Shown here: positions 55,556 through 64,000 of the stretch, one piece after another
Layout: the number at the start of each line of letters is the position of its first letter
How positions within the stretch are numbered: position 1 is the first letter of the stretch
From: a phage
Sequence record: PZ019086.1
DNA length: 64,000 nucleotides
Strand: one strand, 5' to 3'
The notes under the pieces: generated by a model
The model's input: only the letters and a program-made list of their open reading frames with translations
Database searches by the model: none
What the model was told of the DNA's origin: nothing
Made by a program: the position numbers and the translations under genes

Positions 55556-58500
55556 ATGGCCGAGATTAAAAGAAAGTTCAGAGCAGAAGATGGTCTGGAC
55601 GCAGGTGGCGATAAAATAATCAACGTAGCTTTAGCTGATCGTGCCGTAGGAACTGACGGTGTTAACGTTGATTACCTAATTCAAGAAAACACAGTTCAAC
55701 AATACGATCCAACTCGTGGATATTTAAAAGATTTTGTAATCATTTATGATAACCGCTTTTGGGCTGCTATAAATGATATTCCAAAACCGGCAGGAGCTTT
55801 TAATAGCGGACGCTGGAGAGCATTACGTACCGATGCTAACTGGATTACAGTCTCATCTGGTTCATATCAATTAAAATCTGGTGAAGCTATTTCGGTTAAC
55901 ACTGCAGCTGGTAATGATATTACATTTACTTTACCATCTACTCCAATTGACGGTGATACTATCGTTCTCCAAGATATTGGAGGAAAACCTGGAGTTAACC
56001 AAGTTTTAATTGTAGCTCCAGTGCAAAGTATTGTAAACTTCAGAGGCGAGCAAGTACGTTCAGTACTAATGACTCATCCAAAGTCACAGTTAGTTTTAAT
56101 TTTTAGTAATCGTCTGTGGCAAATGTATGTAGCTGATTATAGTAGAGAAGCTGTAGTTGTAACACCAGCGAATACTTATCAAGCGCAATCTAACGATTTT
56201 ATCGTACGTAGATTTACTTCTGCTGCACCGATAAATATTAAACTTCCGAGATTTGCTAATCACGGCGATATTATTAATTTCGTCGATTTGGATAAATTAA
56301 ATCCTCTTTATCATACAATTGTTACTACATACGATGAAACTACTTCAGTACAAGAAGATGGAACTCATTCTATTGAAGGCCGTACATCTATTGATGGCTT
56401 TTTAATGTATGATGATAATGAAAAATTGTGGAGATTGTTTGACGGGGATAATAAAGCACGTTTACGTATTATAACAACTAATTCAAATATTCGTCCAAAT
56501 GAAGAAGTTATGGTATTTGGTGCGAATAACGGAACAGCTCAGACAATTGAGCTTAAGCTTCCAACTAATATTTCTGTTGGTGATACTGTTAAAATTTCCA
56601 TGAATTACATGAGAAAAGGACAAACAGTTAAAATCAAAGCTGCCGGTGAAGATAAAATTGCTTCTTCAGTTCAATTGCTGCAATTCCCAAAACGTTCAGA
56701 GTATCCACCTGAAGCTGAATGGGTGACTGTCCAAGAATTAGTTTTTAACGGTGAAACTAATTATGTTCCAGTTTTACAACTTGCTTATATAGAAGATTCT
56801 GATGGAAAATACTGGGTTGTACAACAAAACGTTCCAACCGTAGAAAGAGTTGATTCTTTAAACGATTCTACTAGAGCAAGATTAGGCGTGATTGCTTTAG
56901 CTACACAAGCGCAAGCTAATGTCGATTTAGAAAATTCTCCACAAAAAGAATTAGCAATTACTCCAGAAACATTAGCTAACCGTACTGCTACAGAAACTCG
57001 TAGAGGTATCGCGAGAATAGCAACCACTGCTCAAGTAAATCAGAACACCACATTCTCTTTTGCTGATGATATTATCATTACACCTAAAAAGCTGAATGAA
57101 AGAACTGCTACAGAAACTCGTAGAGGTGTTGCTGAAATTGCTACGCAACAGGAAACTAATGCAGGTACTGATGATACTACAATCATCACTCCTAAAAAGC
57201 TTCAAGCTCGTCAGGGTTCTGAATCATTATCTGGTATTGTAACCTTTGTATCTACTGCAGGAGCTACTCCAGCCTCTAGTCGTGAATTAAATGGTACAAA
57301 CGTTTATAATAAAAACACTAATAATTTAGTCGTTTCGCCTAAAGCTTTGGATCAGTATAAAGCTACTCCAACACAACAGGGTGCAGTAATTTTAGCAGTT
57401 GAAAGTGAAGTAATTGCTGGACAGAGTCAAGAAGGATGGGCAAATGCGGTTGTAACGCCAGAAACGTTACATAAAAAGACATCAACTGATGGAAGAATTG
57501 GTTTAATTGAAATTGCTACACAAAGTGAAGTTAATACAGGAACTGATTATACTCGTGCAGTCACTCCTAAAACTTTAAATGACCGTAAAGCAACTGAAAG
57601 TTTAAGTGGTATAGCTGAAATTGCTACACAAGTTGAATTCGACGCAGGCGTCGACGATACTCGTATCTCTACACCATTAAAAATTAAAACTAGATTTAAT
57701 AGTACTGATCGTACTTCTGTTGTTGCTCTATCTGGATTAGTTGAATCAGGAACTCTCTGGGACCATTATACCCTTAATATTCTTGAAGCAAATGAGACAC
57801 AGCGTGGTACACTTCGTGTAGCTACACAAGTTGAAGCTGCTGCAGGAACATTGGATAATGTTTTAATAACTCCTAAAAAGCTTTTAGGTACTAAATCTAC
57901 TGAAGCACAGGAAGGTGTTATTAAAGTTGCAACTCAGTCTGAAACTGTGACTGGAACGTCAGCAAATACTGCTGTATCTCCAAAAAATTTAAAATGGATT
58001 GTGCAGAGTGAACCTACTTGGGCAGCTACTACTGCGATAAGAGGCTTTGTTAAAACTTCATCCGGTTCAATTACATTCGTTGGTAATGATACAGTTGGTT
58101 CAACACAGAACTTAGAGCTATACGAGAAAAATAGCTATGCAGTATCACCGTATGAATTAAACCGTGTATTAGCAAATTACTTGCCATTAAAAGCAAAAGC
58201 TGCTGACACGAATTTATTGGATGGCCTAGATTCATCTCAGTTCATTCGTAGGGACATTGCACAGACGGTTAATGGTTCACTAACCTTAACCAAACAAACG
58301 AATCTGAGTGCCCCTCTTGTATCATCTAGTACTGCTACGTTTGGTGGTTCAGTTTCGGCAAATAGTACATTAACTATTTCTAACTCTGGAACAGCAACTC
58401 GTCTGATTTTTGAGAAAGGACCTCAAACTGGAACTAACCCAGCGCAGACGATGACTATCAGAGTTTGGGGAAATCAGTTCGGTGGCGGTTCAGATACAAC

Positions 58501-59425
58501 ACGTTCTACTGTATTTGAGGTTGGCGATGAAACGTCTAATCACTTTTATTCTCAACGCAATAAAGCTGGGAATATAACGTTTAGTATCAATGGTACTGTA
58601 ATGCCAATAAATGTCAATGCTTCGGGTTCTTTGAATGCGAATGGCGTTGCAACATTCGGTAGTTCAGTTACAGCCAATGGTGAATTCATCAGCAAGTCTG
58701 CAAATGCTTTCAGAACAATAAATGGCGACTATGGATTCTTTATTCGTAATGATGCTGCTAACACCTATTTTATGCTTACTGCATCGGGTGATCAGACTGG
58801 CGGATTTAATGGATTACGTCCTTTAGCTATTAACAATGCATCTGGTCAAGTAACGATGGGTGAAGGCTTAATCGTTGCCAAAGGTGTTACTATAAACTCA
58901 GGTGGCTTAACTGTTAACTCGAGAATTCGTTCTCAGGGCATTAAAACATCTGACTTATATACCCGTGCGCCAACATCTGATACCGTAGGATTCTGGTCAA
59001 TTGACATTAATGATTCAGCTACTTATAACCAATTCCCGGGTTATTTTAAAATGGTTGAAAAAACTAATGAAGTGACTGGACTTCCATACTTAGAACGTGG
59101 AGAAGAGGTTAAATCTCCTGGTACATTAACTCAGTTTGGTAACACACTTGATTCGCTTTACCAAGATTGGATTACTTATCCAACGACTCCAGAAGCGCGC
59201 ACCACGCGCTGGACGCGTACATGGCAGAAAACCAAAAACTCTTGGTCAAGTTTTGTTCAGGTATTTGATGGGGGTAACCCTCCTCAGCCATCTGATATCG
59301 GTGCTTTACCATCTGATAATGCTATAATGGGGAATCTTACTATTCGTGATTTCTTACGAATTGGTAATGTTCGCATTATTCCTGACCCAGTGAATAAATC
59401 TGTTAAATTTGAATGGATTGAATAA
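55556..59425 (+). CDS. 34: Long tail fibre proximal subunit gp34, 1289 aa
   Basis: 1289 aa, same length as T4 gp34; internal repeated motifs. Confidence 0.96.
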   Translation: MAEIKRKFRAEDGLDAGGDKIINVALADRAVGTDGVNVDYLIQENTVQQYDPTRGYLKDFVIIYDNRFWAAINDIPKPAGAFNSGRWRALRTDANWITVSSGSYQLKSGEAISVNTAAGNDITFTLPSTPIDGDTIVLQDIGGKPGVNQVLIVAPVQSIVNFRGEQVRSVLMTHPKSQLVLIFSNRLWQMYVADYSREAVVVTPANTYQAQSNDFIVRRFTSAAPINIKLPRFANHGDIINFVDLDKLNPLYHTIVTTYDETTSVQEDGTHSIEGRTSIDGFLMYDDNEKLWRLFDGDNKARLRIITTNSNIRPNEEVMVFGANNGTAQTIELKLPTNISVGDTVKISMNYMRKGQTVKIKAAGEDKIASSVQLLQFPKRSEYPPEAEWVTVQELVFNGETNYVPVLQLAYIEDSDGKYWVVQQNVPTVERVDSLNDSTRARLGVIALATQAQANVDLENSPQKELAITPETLANRTATETRRGIARIATTAQVNQNTTFSFADDIIITPKKLNERTATETRRGVAEIATQQETNAGTDDTTIITPKKLQARQGSESLSGIVTFVSTAGATPASSRELNGTNVYNKNTNNLVVSPKALDQYKATPTQQGAVILAVESEVIAGQSQEGWANAVVTPETLHKKTSTDGRIGLIEIATQSEVNTGTDYTRAVTPKTLNDRKATESLSGIAEIATQVEFDAGVDDTRISTPLKIKTRFNSTDRTSVVALSGLVESGTLWDHYTLNILEANETQRGTLRVATQVEAAAGTLDNVLITPKKLLGTKSTEAQEGVIKVATQSETVTGTSANTAVSPKNLKWIVQSEPTWAATTAIRGFVKTSSGSITFVGNDTVGSTQNLELYEKNSYAVSPYELNRVLANYLPLKAKAADTNLLDGLDSSQFIRRDIAQTVNGSLTLTKQTNLSAPLVSSSTATFGGSVSANSTLTISNSGTATRLIFEKGPQTGTNPAQTMTIRVWGNQFGGGSDTTRSTVFEVGDETSNHFYSQRNKAGNITFSINGTVMPINVNASGSLNANGVATFGSSVTANGEFISKSANAFRTINGDYGFFIRNDAANTYFMLTASGDQTGGFNGLRPLAINNASGQVTMGEGLIVAKGVTINSGGLTVNSRIRSQGIKTSDLYTRAPTSDTVGFWSIDINDSATYNQFPGYFKMVEKTNEVTGLPYLERGEEVKSPGTLTQFGNTLDSLYQDWITYPTTPEARTTRWTRTWQKTKNSWSSFVQVFDGGNPPQPSDIGALPSDNAIMGNLTIRDFLRIGNVRIIPDPVNKSVKFEWIE
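56984..57007 (+). repeat. 24-bp exact direct repeat, copy 1, inside gene 34 (encodes TATETRRG)
   Basis: ACTGCTACAGAAACTCGTAGAGGT recurs exactly at 57104-57127. Confidence 0.9.
57104..57127 (+). repeat. 24-bp exact direct repeat, copy 2, inside gene 34
   Basis: Identical to 56984-57007, 120 bp (40 codons) downstream, same reading frame. Confidence 0.9.
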
Positions 59426-59433
59426 GAGGTATT

Positions 59434-60549
59434 ATGGAAAAATTTATGGCAGAGTTTGGACAAGGATATGTCCAAACGCCATTTTTATCGGAAAGTAATT
59501 CAGTAAGATATAAAATAAGTATAGCGGGTTCTTGCCCGCTTTCTACGGCAGGACCATACGTTAAATTTCAGGATAATCCTGTTGGAAGTCAAACATTTAG
59601 CGCAGGTCTTCATCTAAGAGTTTTTGACCCTTCCACCGGAGCATTAGTTGATAGTAAGTCATATGCTTTTTCGACTTCAAATGATACTACATCAGCTGCT
59701 TTTGTTAGTTTCATGAATTCTTTGGCGAATAACAGACTTGTTGCTATATTAACTAGTGGAAAGGTTAATTTTCCTCCTGAAGTAGTATCTTGGCTAAGAG
59801 CCGCAGGAACGTCTGCTTTTCCATCTGATTCTATATTGTCAAGATTCGACGTATCATATGCTGCTTTTTACACTTCTTCTAAAAGAGCTATTGCATTAGA
59901 GCATGTTAAACTGAGCAACAGAAAAAGCACAGATGACTATCAAACTATTTTAGATGTGGTGTTTGACAGTTTAGAAGACGTCGGAGCTACGGGATTTCCT
60001 AAAAGAACATACGAAAGTGTTGATCAATTTATGTCGGCAGTTGGCGGAACTAATAACGAAATTGCGCGTCTACCAACTTCAGCTGCTATAAGTAAATTAT
60101 CTGACTATAATTTAATCCCTGGCGATGTTCTTTATCTTAAAGCACAGTTATATGCCGATGCCGATTTACTTGCGCTTGGAACTACAAATATATCTATCCG
60201 TTTTTATAATGCATCGAATGGATATATTTCCTCGACACAAGCTGAGTTTACCGGGCAAGCTGGGTCTTGGGAATTAAAAGAAGATTATGCGGTTGTTCCA
60301 GAAAACGCTGTCGGATTTACGATATATGCACAAAGAACAGCACAAGCTGGTCAAGGTGGCATGAGAAGTTTAAGCTTTTCTGAAGTGTCAAGAAATGGAG
60401 GTATTTCGAAACCCGCTGAATTTGGCGTCAATGGCATTCGTGTTAATTATATCTGTGAATCTGCTTCACCTCCGGATATAATGGTACTTCCTACGCAAGC
60501 ATCGTCTAAAACTGGTAAAGTGTTTGGGCAAGAATTTAGAGAAGTTTAA
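59434..60549 (+). CDS. 35: Long tail fibre hinge connector gp35, 371 aa
   Basis: Length and position between 34 and 36. Confidence 0.93.
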   Translation: MEKFMAEFGQGYVQTPFLSESNSVRYKISIAGSCPLSTAGPYVKFQDNPVGSQTFSAGLHLRVFDPSTGALVDSKSYAFSTSNDTTSAAFVSFMNSLANNRLVAILTSGKVNFPPEVVSWLRAAGTSAFPSDSILSRFDVSYAAFYTSSKRAIALEHVKLSNRKSTDDYQTILDVVFDSLEDVGATGFPKRTYESVDQFMSAVGGTNNEIARLPTSAAISKLSDYNLIPGDVLYLKAQLYADADLLALGTTNISIRFYNASNGYISSTQAEFTGQAGSWELKEDYAVVPENAVGFTIYAQRTAQAGQGGMRSLSFSEVSRNGGISKPAEFGVNGIRVNYICESASPPDIMVLPTQASSKTGKVFGQEFREV

Positions 60550-60554
60550 ATTGA

Positions 60555-60581
60555 GGGAGCCTTCGGGTTCCCTTTTTCTTT
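60555..60581 (+). terminator. Hairpin terminator after gene 35
   Basis: GGGAGCC-TTCG-GGTTCCC hairpin followed by TTTTTCTTT. Confidence 0.7.
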
Positions 60582-60588
60582 ATAAATA
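60581..60588 (+). promoter_or_regulatory. Late promoter TATAAATA upstream of gene 36
   Basis: Exact TATAAATA directly after the terminator T-run, about 25 nt upstream of gene 36 ATG. Confidence 0.65.
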
Positions 60589-60611
60589 CTATTAAAATAA
60601 AGGGGCATACA

Positions 60612-61274
60612 ATGGCTGATTTAAAAGTAGGTTCAACAACCGGAGGCTCTGTCATTTGGCATCAAGGAAATTTTCCATTGAATCCAGCCGGTGACGATGT
60701 ACTCTATAAATCATTTAAAATATATTCGGAATACAATAAACCACAAGCTGCTGATAACGATTTCGTTTCTAAAGCTAATGGTGGTACTTACGCCGCGACT
60801 GTTCGATTTAATGGAGGCGTACATGTTCCTACTATAGGTAGTAGTCAACAGTGTGGCGTTTATCCAGGCAACGGTGATGCAGCTACTTTTGCTATGGCAA
60901 ATATTGACATCGTTTCGTGGAATGGTATCGGTTTTAAATCATCGCAGGGTTCAGCAGACCGAACTGTTGTAATTAATGCACGTAATGGTGATATTAGTAC
61001 AAAAGGCGTCGTGACAGCAGTAGGTCAAATAAGAAGTAATGCAGTTTCTCCTGTAGCAGCTAATGACCTTACTAGAAAAGACTATGTTGATGGAGCAATA
61101 AATACTGTTACGGCAAATGCGAACTCTAGAGTGTTACGATCTGGTGACACTATGACGGGTAATTTAACCGCACCAAACTTTTTCTCGCAGAATCCTGCAT
61201 CTCAACCTTCACACGTTCCACGATTTGACCAAATCGTAATTAAGGATTCTGTTCAAGATTTCGGCTATTATTAA
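60612..61274 (+). CDS. 36: Long tail fibre distal connector gp36, 220 aa
   Basis: Length and position as T4 gp36. Confidence 0.93.
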   Translation: MADLKVGSTTGGSVIWHQGNFPLNPAGDDVLYKSFKIYSEYNKPQAADNDFVSKANGGTYAATVRFNGGVHVPTIGSSQQCGVYPGNGDAATFAMANIDIVSWNGIGFKSSQGSADRTVVINARNGDISTKGVVTAVGQIRSNAVSPVAANDLTRKDYVDGAINTVTANANSRVLRSGDTMTGNLTAPNFFSQNPASQPSHVPRFDQIVIKDSVQDFGYY

Positions 61275-61282
61275 GAGGACTT

Positions 61283-64000
61283 ATGGCTACTTTAAAACAA
61301 ATACAATTTAAAAGAAGCAAAACCGCAGGTGCACGTCCTGCTGCTTCAGTATTAGCCGAAGGTGAATTGGCTATAAACTTAAAAGATAGAACAATTTTTA
61401 CTAAAGACGATTCAGGAAATATCATTGATCTGGGTTTTGCTAAAGGCGGGCAAGTTGATGGAAATGTAACTATTAATGGTCTTTTGAGGTTAAACGGTGA
61501 TTATGTACAAACTGGTGGAATGACTGTAAATGGACCTATTGGTTCTACTGATGGCATAGCTGCAAAAGTTTTCAGATCTACACAAGGTTCATTTTATACA
61601 AGAGCCTCAAATGATACTTCCAATGCCCATCTTTGGTTTGAAAATGCCGATGGCACTGAACGAGGCGTTATATATGCTCGTACTCAAACTACAACTAACG
61701 GTGAAATACGCCTTAGGGTTAGACAAGGAACAGGAAGCACTACTAATAGTGAATTCTATTTCCGTTCTATAAACGGCGGCGAATTTCAAGCTAACCGTAT
61801 TTTGGCATCAGATTCGTTAGTAACTAAACGCATTGCGGTTGATACTGTTATTCATGATGCCAAAGCCTTTGGACAATATGATTCTCAATCTTTGGTCAAC
61901 TATGTTTATCCTGGAACCGGTGAAACAAACGGTATAAACTATCTTCGTAAAGTTCGAGCTAAATCAGGTGGTACAATTTATCATGAAATTTGTACTGCCC
62001 AATTAGGGCTGGCTGATGAAGTTTCTTGGTGGACTGGTAATACACCATTATTTAGATTATATGGTATTCGTAATGACGGCCGAATGATCGTCCGCAATAG
62101 CGTAGCCATCGGGACTGTGACTGCAGGATACCCGGCAAGCGATTATGGAAGTACCGGGGTAATGGGAGATAAGTATCTTGTTCTCGGTGACATTGTAACT
62201 GGTCTGAAATATATTAAACAAGGTGTTTATGATTTAGTTGGTGGGGGTTATTCAGTTGCTTCTATTACTCCAGATAGTTTCCGTAGCACCCGTAAAGGTA
62301 TATTTGGACGTTCAGAAGACCAAGGCGCTACATGGATTATGCCTGGAACCAACGCCGCTCTTTTATCAGTTCAAACACAAGCTGATAATAACAATGCTGG
62401 AGACGGACAAACCCATATTGGGTACAATGCTGGCGGTAAAATGAACCACTATTTCCGTGGTACAGGACAGATGAATATCAATACCCAACGAGGTATGAAA
62501 GTTAACCCTGGTATTTTGAAATTGGTAACTGGCTCTAATAACGTACAGTTTTATGCTAATGGAACAGTATCTTCAATACAAAGAATTAAATTTGATAACG
62601 GATTAGTTCTTACTGGTGCTAGACCTGACGGTATTCAACTTGACGCTCCTACATCAGCAGATGGCACTAAAACTATACTGTGGGCTGGTGGTACTCGCGC
62701 AGGTCAGAATAAAAGTTATGTATCTATTAAAGCGTGGGGTAATTCATTTAACGCATCTGGTGACCGTAATCGTGAAACAGTTTTTGAAGTAGCTGACGGG
62801 CAGGGATATTATTTTTATGCACAACGCACTACTCCTGCATCAGGTCAAACAGTAGGTCCGGTTAACTTTAAATTTAACGGAACTGTCGAAACAGGCCATA
62901 TCATAGGCCTTGGAAATATAAGTGCCTCTGGTACAGGTTCTTTTGGTGGCAATGTTACCATGTCTAATGGTTTGTTTGTCCAAGGTGGTTCTTCTATTAC
63001 TGGCCAAGTTAAAATCGGCGAAACTGGCGACGCATTAAGAATTTGGAATGCCGAATATGGTGCTATTTTCCGCCGTTCAGAAAGTAGCCTTTATATTATC
63101 CCGACTCCTAAAGATGCCGGAGAATCGGGTGGTATAAGTAATCTTAGACCATTTAGAATAGAACTGGACACCGGCACAGTTAAAATGTCGCATGATGTTC
63201 ATTTAGGAGATTCTGGATCCGGTACAGGATTATTACAAGTAAGTAATAGTCTTAAAACTATTAAAATGATATGTCCAGTAACTATTAATGAACGTAATGC
63301 AGCGCTTACTCTAGATTCTCCTTCATCTTCTTCTGCTAATTATTTACAAGGTTCTAAAGCTGGAATTAGATCGTGGTATGTTGGTCTTGGTGGCGCTGGA
63401 AGTGATTTATCGCTTTATAGTCAATCTTATGGACACGGTCTTGTTATAAGCGATAATTTCGTGTCAATCAGTAAACCTCTTAAAGTCGGAAATGCCCAAC
63501 TAGGAACTGACGGTAATATTACTAGCGGTTCAGGAAACTTTGCTAACTTAAACACCACGCTAAATCGTAAAGTTAATTCTGGATTTATTACTTATGGAGC
63601 AACTGCTGGATGGTATAAGTTTGCAACAGTAACAATGCCACAATCCACTTCTACGGTCTTCTTTAAAATAGCCGGTGGTTCTGGATTTAATAGTGGATTA
63701 TTCACACAATGCAATATTGCTGAAATTGTTTTACGTACTAGTAATGAAAGACCTGCTGACTTAAATGCTGTATTATACACAAGAACAATTGCAGCTGCAT
63801 TTAAAAATATTGCAGTTAATAACGTCTCTGGAGATACATATGACATTTATGTTTATGCCGGAACATATTGCAATCAATTAACTTGTGAATGGTCATGTAC
63901 CGAAAATGCTACTGTTAGCGTTATTGGTATTAACTCATCGACCCAATCACCTGTGGATGCTCTTCCAGATACAGCAGTTGATGGGCAAGTTGCTAATGTT
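61283..64000 (+). CDS. 37: Long tail fibre distal subunit gp37, N-terminal 906 codons; 3' end beyond window
   Basis: ATG at 61283 ([22 protein letters not shown]...) open in frame to the window end; absent from the ORF track because no stop is reached. Confidence 0.93.
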   Translation, partial: MATLKQIQFKRSKTAGARPAASVLAEGELAINLKDRTIFTKDDSGNIIDLGFAKGGQVDGNVTINGLLRLNGDYVQTGGMTVNGPIGSTDGIAAKVFRSTQGSFYTRASNDTSNAHLWFENADGTERGVIYARTQTTTNGEIRLRVRQGTGSTTNSEFYFRSINGGEFQANRILASDSLVTKRIAVDTVIHDAKAFGQYDSQSLVNYVYPGTGETNGINYLRKVRAKSGGTIYHEICTAQLGLADEVSWWTGNTPLFRLYGIRNDGRMIVRNSVAIGTVTAGYPASDYGSTGVMGDKYLVLGDIVTGLKYIKQGVYDLVGGGYSVASITPDSFRSTRKGIFGRSEDQGATWIMPGTNAALLSVQTQADNNNAGDGQTHIGYNAGGKMNHYFRGTGQMNINTQRGMKVNPGILKLVTGSNNVQFYANGTVSSIQRIKFDNGLVLTGARPDGIQLDAPTSADGTKTILWAGGTRAGQNKSYVSIKAWGNSFNASGDRNRETVFEVADGQGYYFYAQRTTPASGQTVGPVNFKFNGTVETGHIIGLGNISASGTGSFGGNVTMSNGLFVQGGSSITGQVKIGETGDALRIWNAEYGAIFRRSESSLYIIPTPKDAGESGGISNLRPFRIELDTGTVKMSHDVHLGDSGSGTGLLQVSNSLKTIKMICPVTINERNAALTLDSPSSSSANYLQGSKAGIRSWYVGLGGAGSDLSLYSQSYGHGLVISDNFVSISKPLKVGNAQLGTDGNITSGSGNFANLNTTLNRKVNSGFITYGATAGWYKFATVTMPQSTSTVFFKIAGGSGFNSGLFTQCNIAEIVLRTSNERPADLNAVLYTRTIAAAFKNIAVNNVSGDTYDIYVYAGTYCNQLTCEWSCTENATVSVIGINSSTQSPVDALPDTAVDGQVANV

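Overview
This window reads as a contiguous segment of a T4-like (Tequatrovirus-type) myovirus genome, running from gene 16 through the 5' ~2.7 kb of gene 37. All protein identifications rest on reading the six-frame translations against remembered T4 proteins and gene order; no database search was run. Plus-strand late block (1-12.3 kb): terminase 16/17, tail sheath 18, an HNH endonuclease ORF, tail tube 19, portal 20, prohead core 67/68/21/22, major capsid 23, vertex 24. Next (12.3-26 kb): rnlB, hoc, inh, uvsW, uvsY, and baseplate/tail genes 25, 26, 51, 27, 28, 29, 48, 54. Minus-strand early/middle block (26-55.5 kb): two tandem Alt ADP-ribosyltransferase paralogs, DNA ligase 30, nine small ORFs including a HAD phosphatase and a NADAR protein, rIII, 31, cd, pseT, a spanin pair, alc, rnlA, denA, nrdB, mobE-like HNH, nrdA, td, frd, 32, segG-like GIY-YIG, 59, 33, dsbA, rnh. 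Final plus-strand block: long tail fibre genes 34, 35, 36 and partial 37. Regulatory signals are T4-typical: TATAAATA late promoters, minus-strand early promoters of the form GTTTAC-N17-TAnnAT, GC-rich tetraloop hairpin terminators, and the gene 32 leader. I found no CRISPR array, no convincing tRNA and no obvious novel multi-gene system. The items most worth a second look are a GC-rich ORF-free 350 bp island between rIII and the 30.x ORFs, an HNH endonuclease between genes 18 and 19, an extra ORF between frd and td, uninterrupted td and nrdB beside a mobE-like gene, tandem Alt paralogs, and a 53-nt promoter/leader duplicated 16 kb apart.
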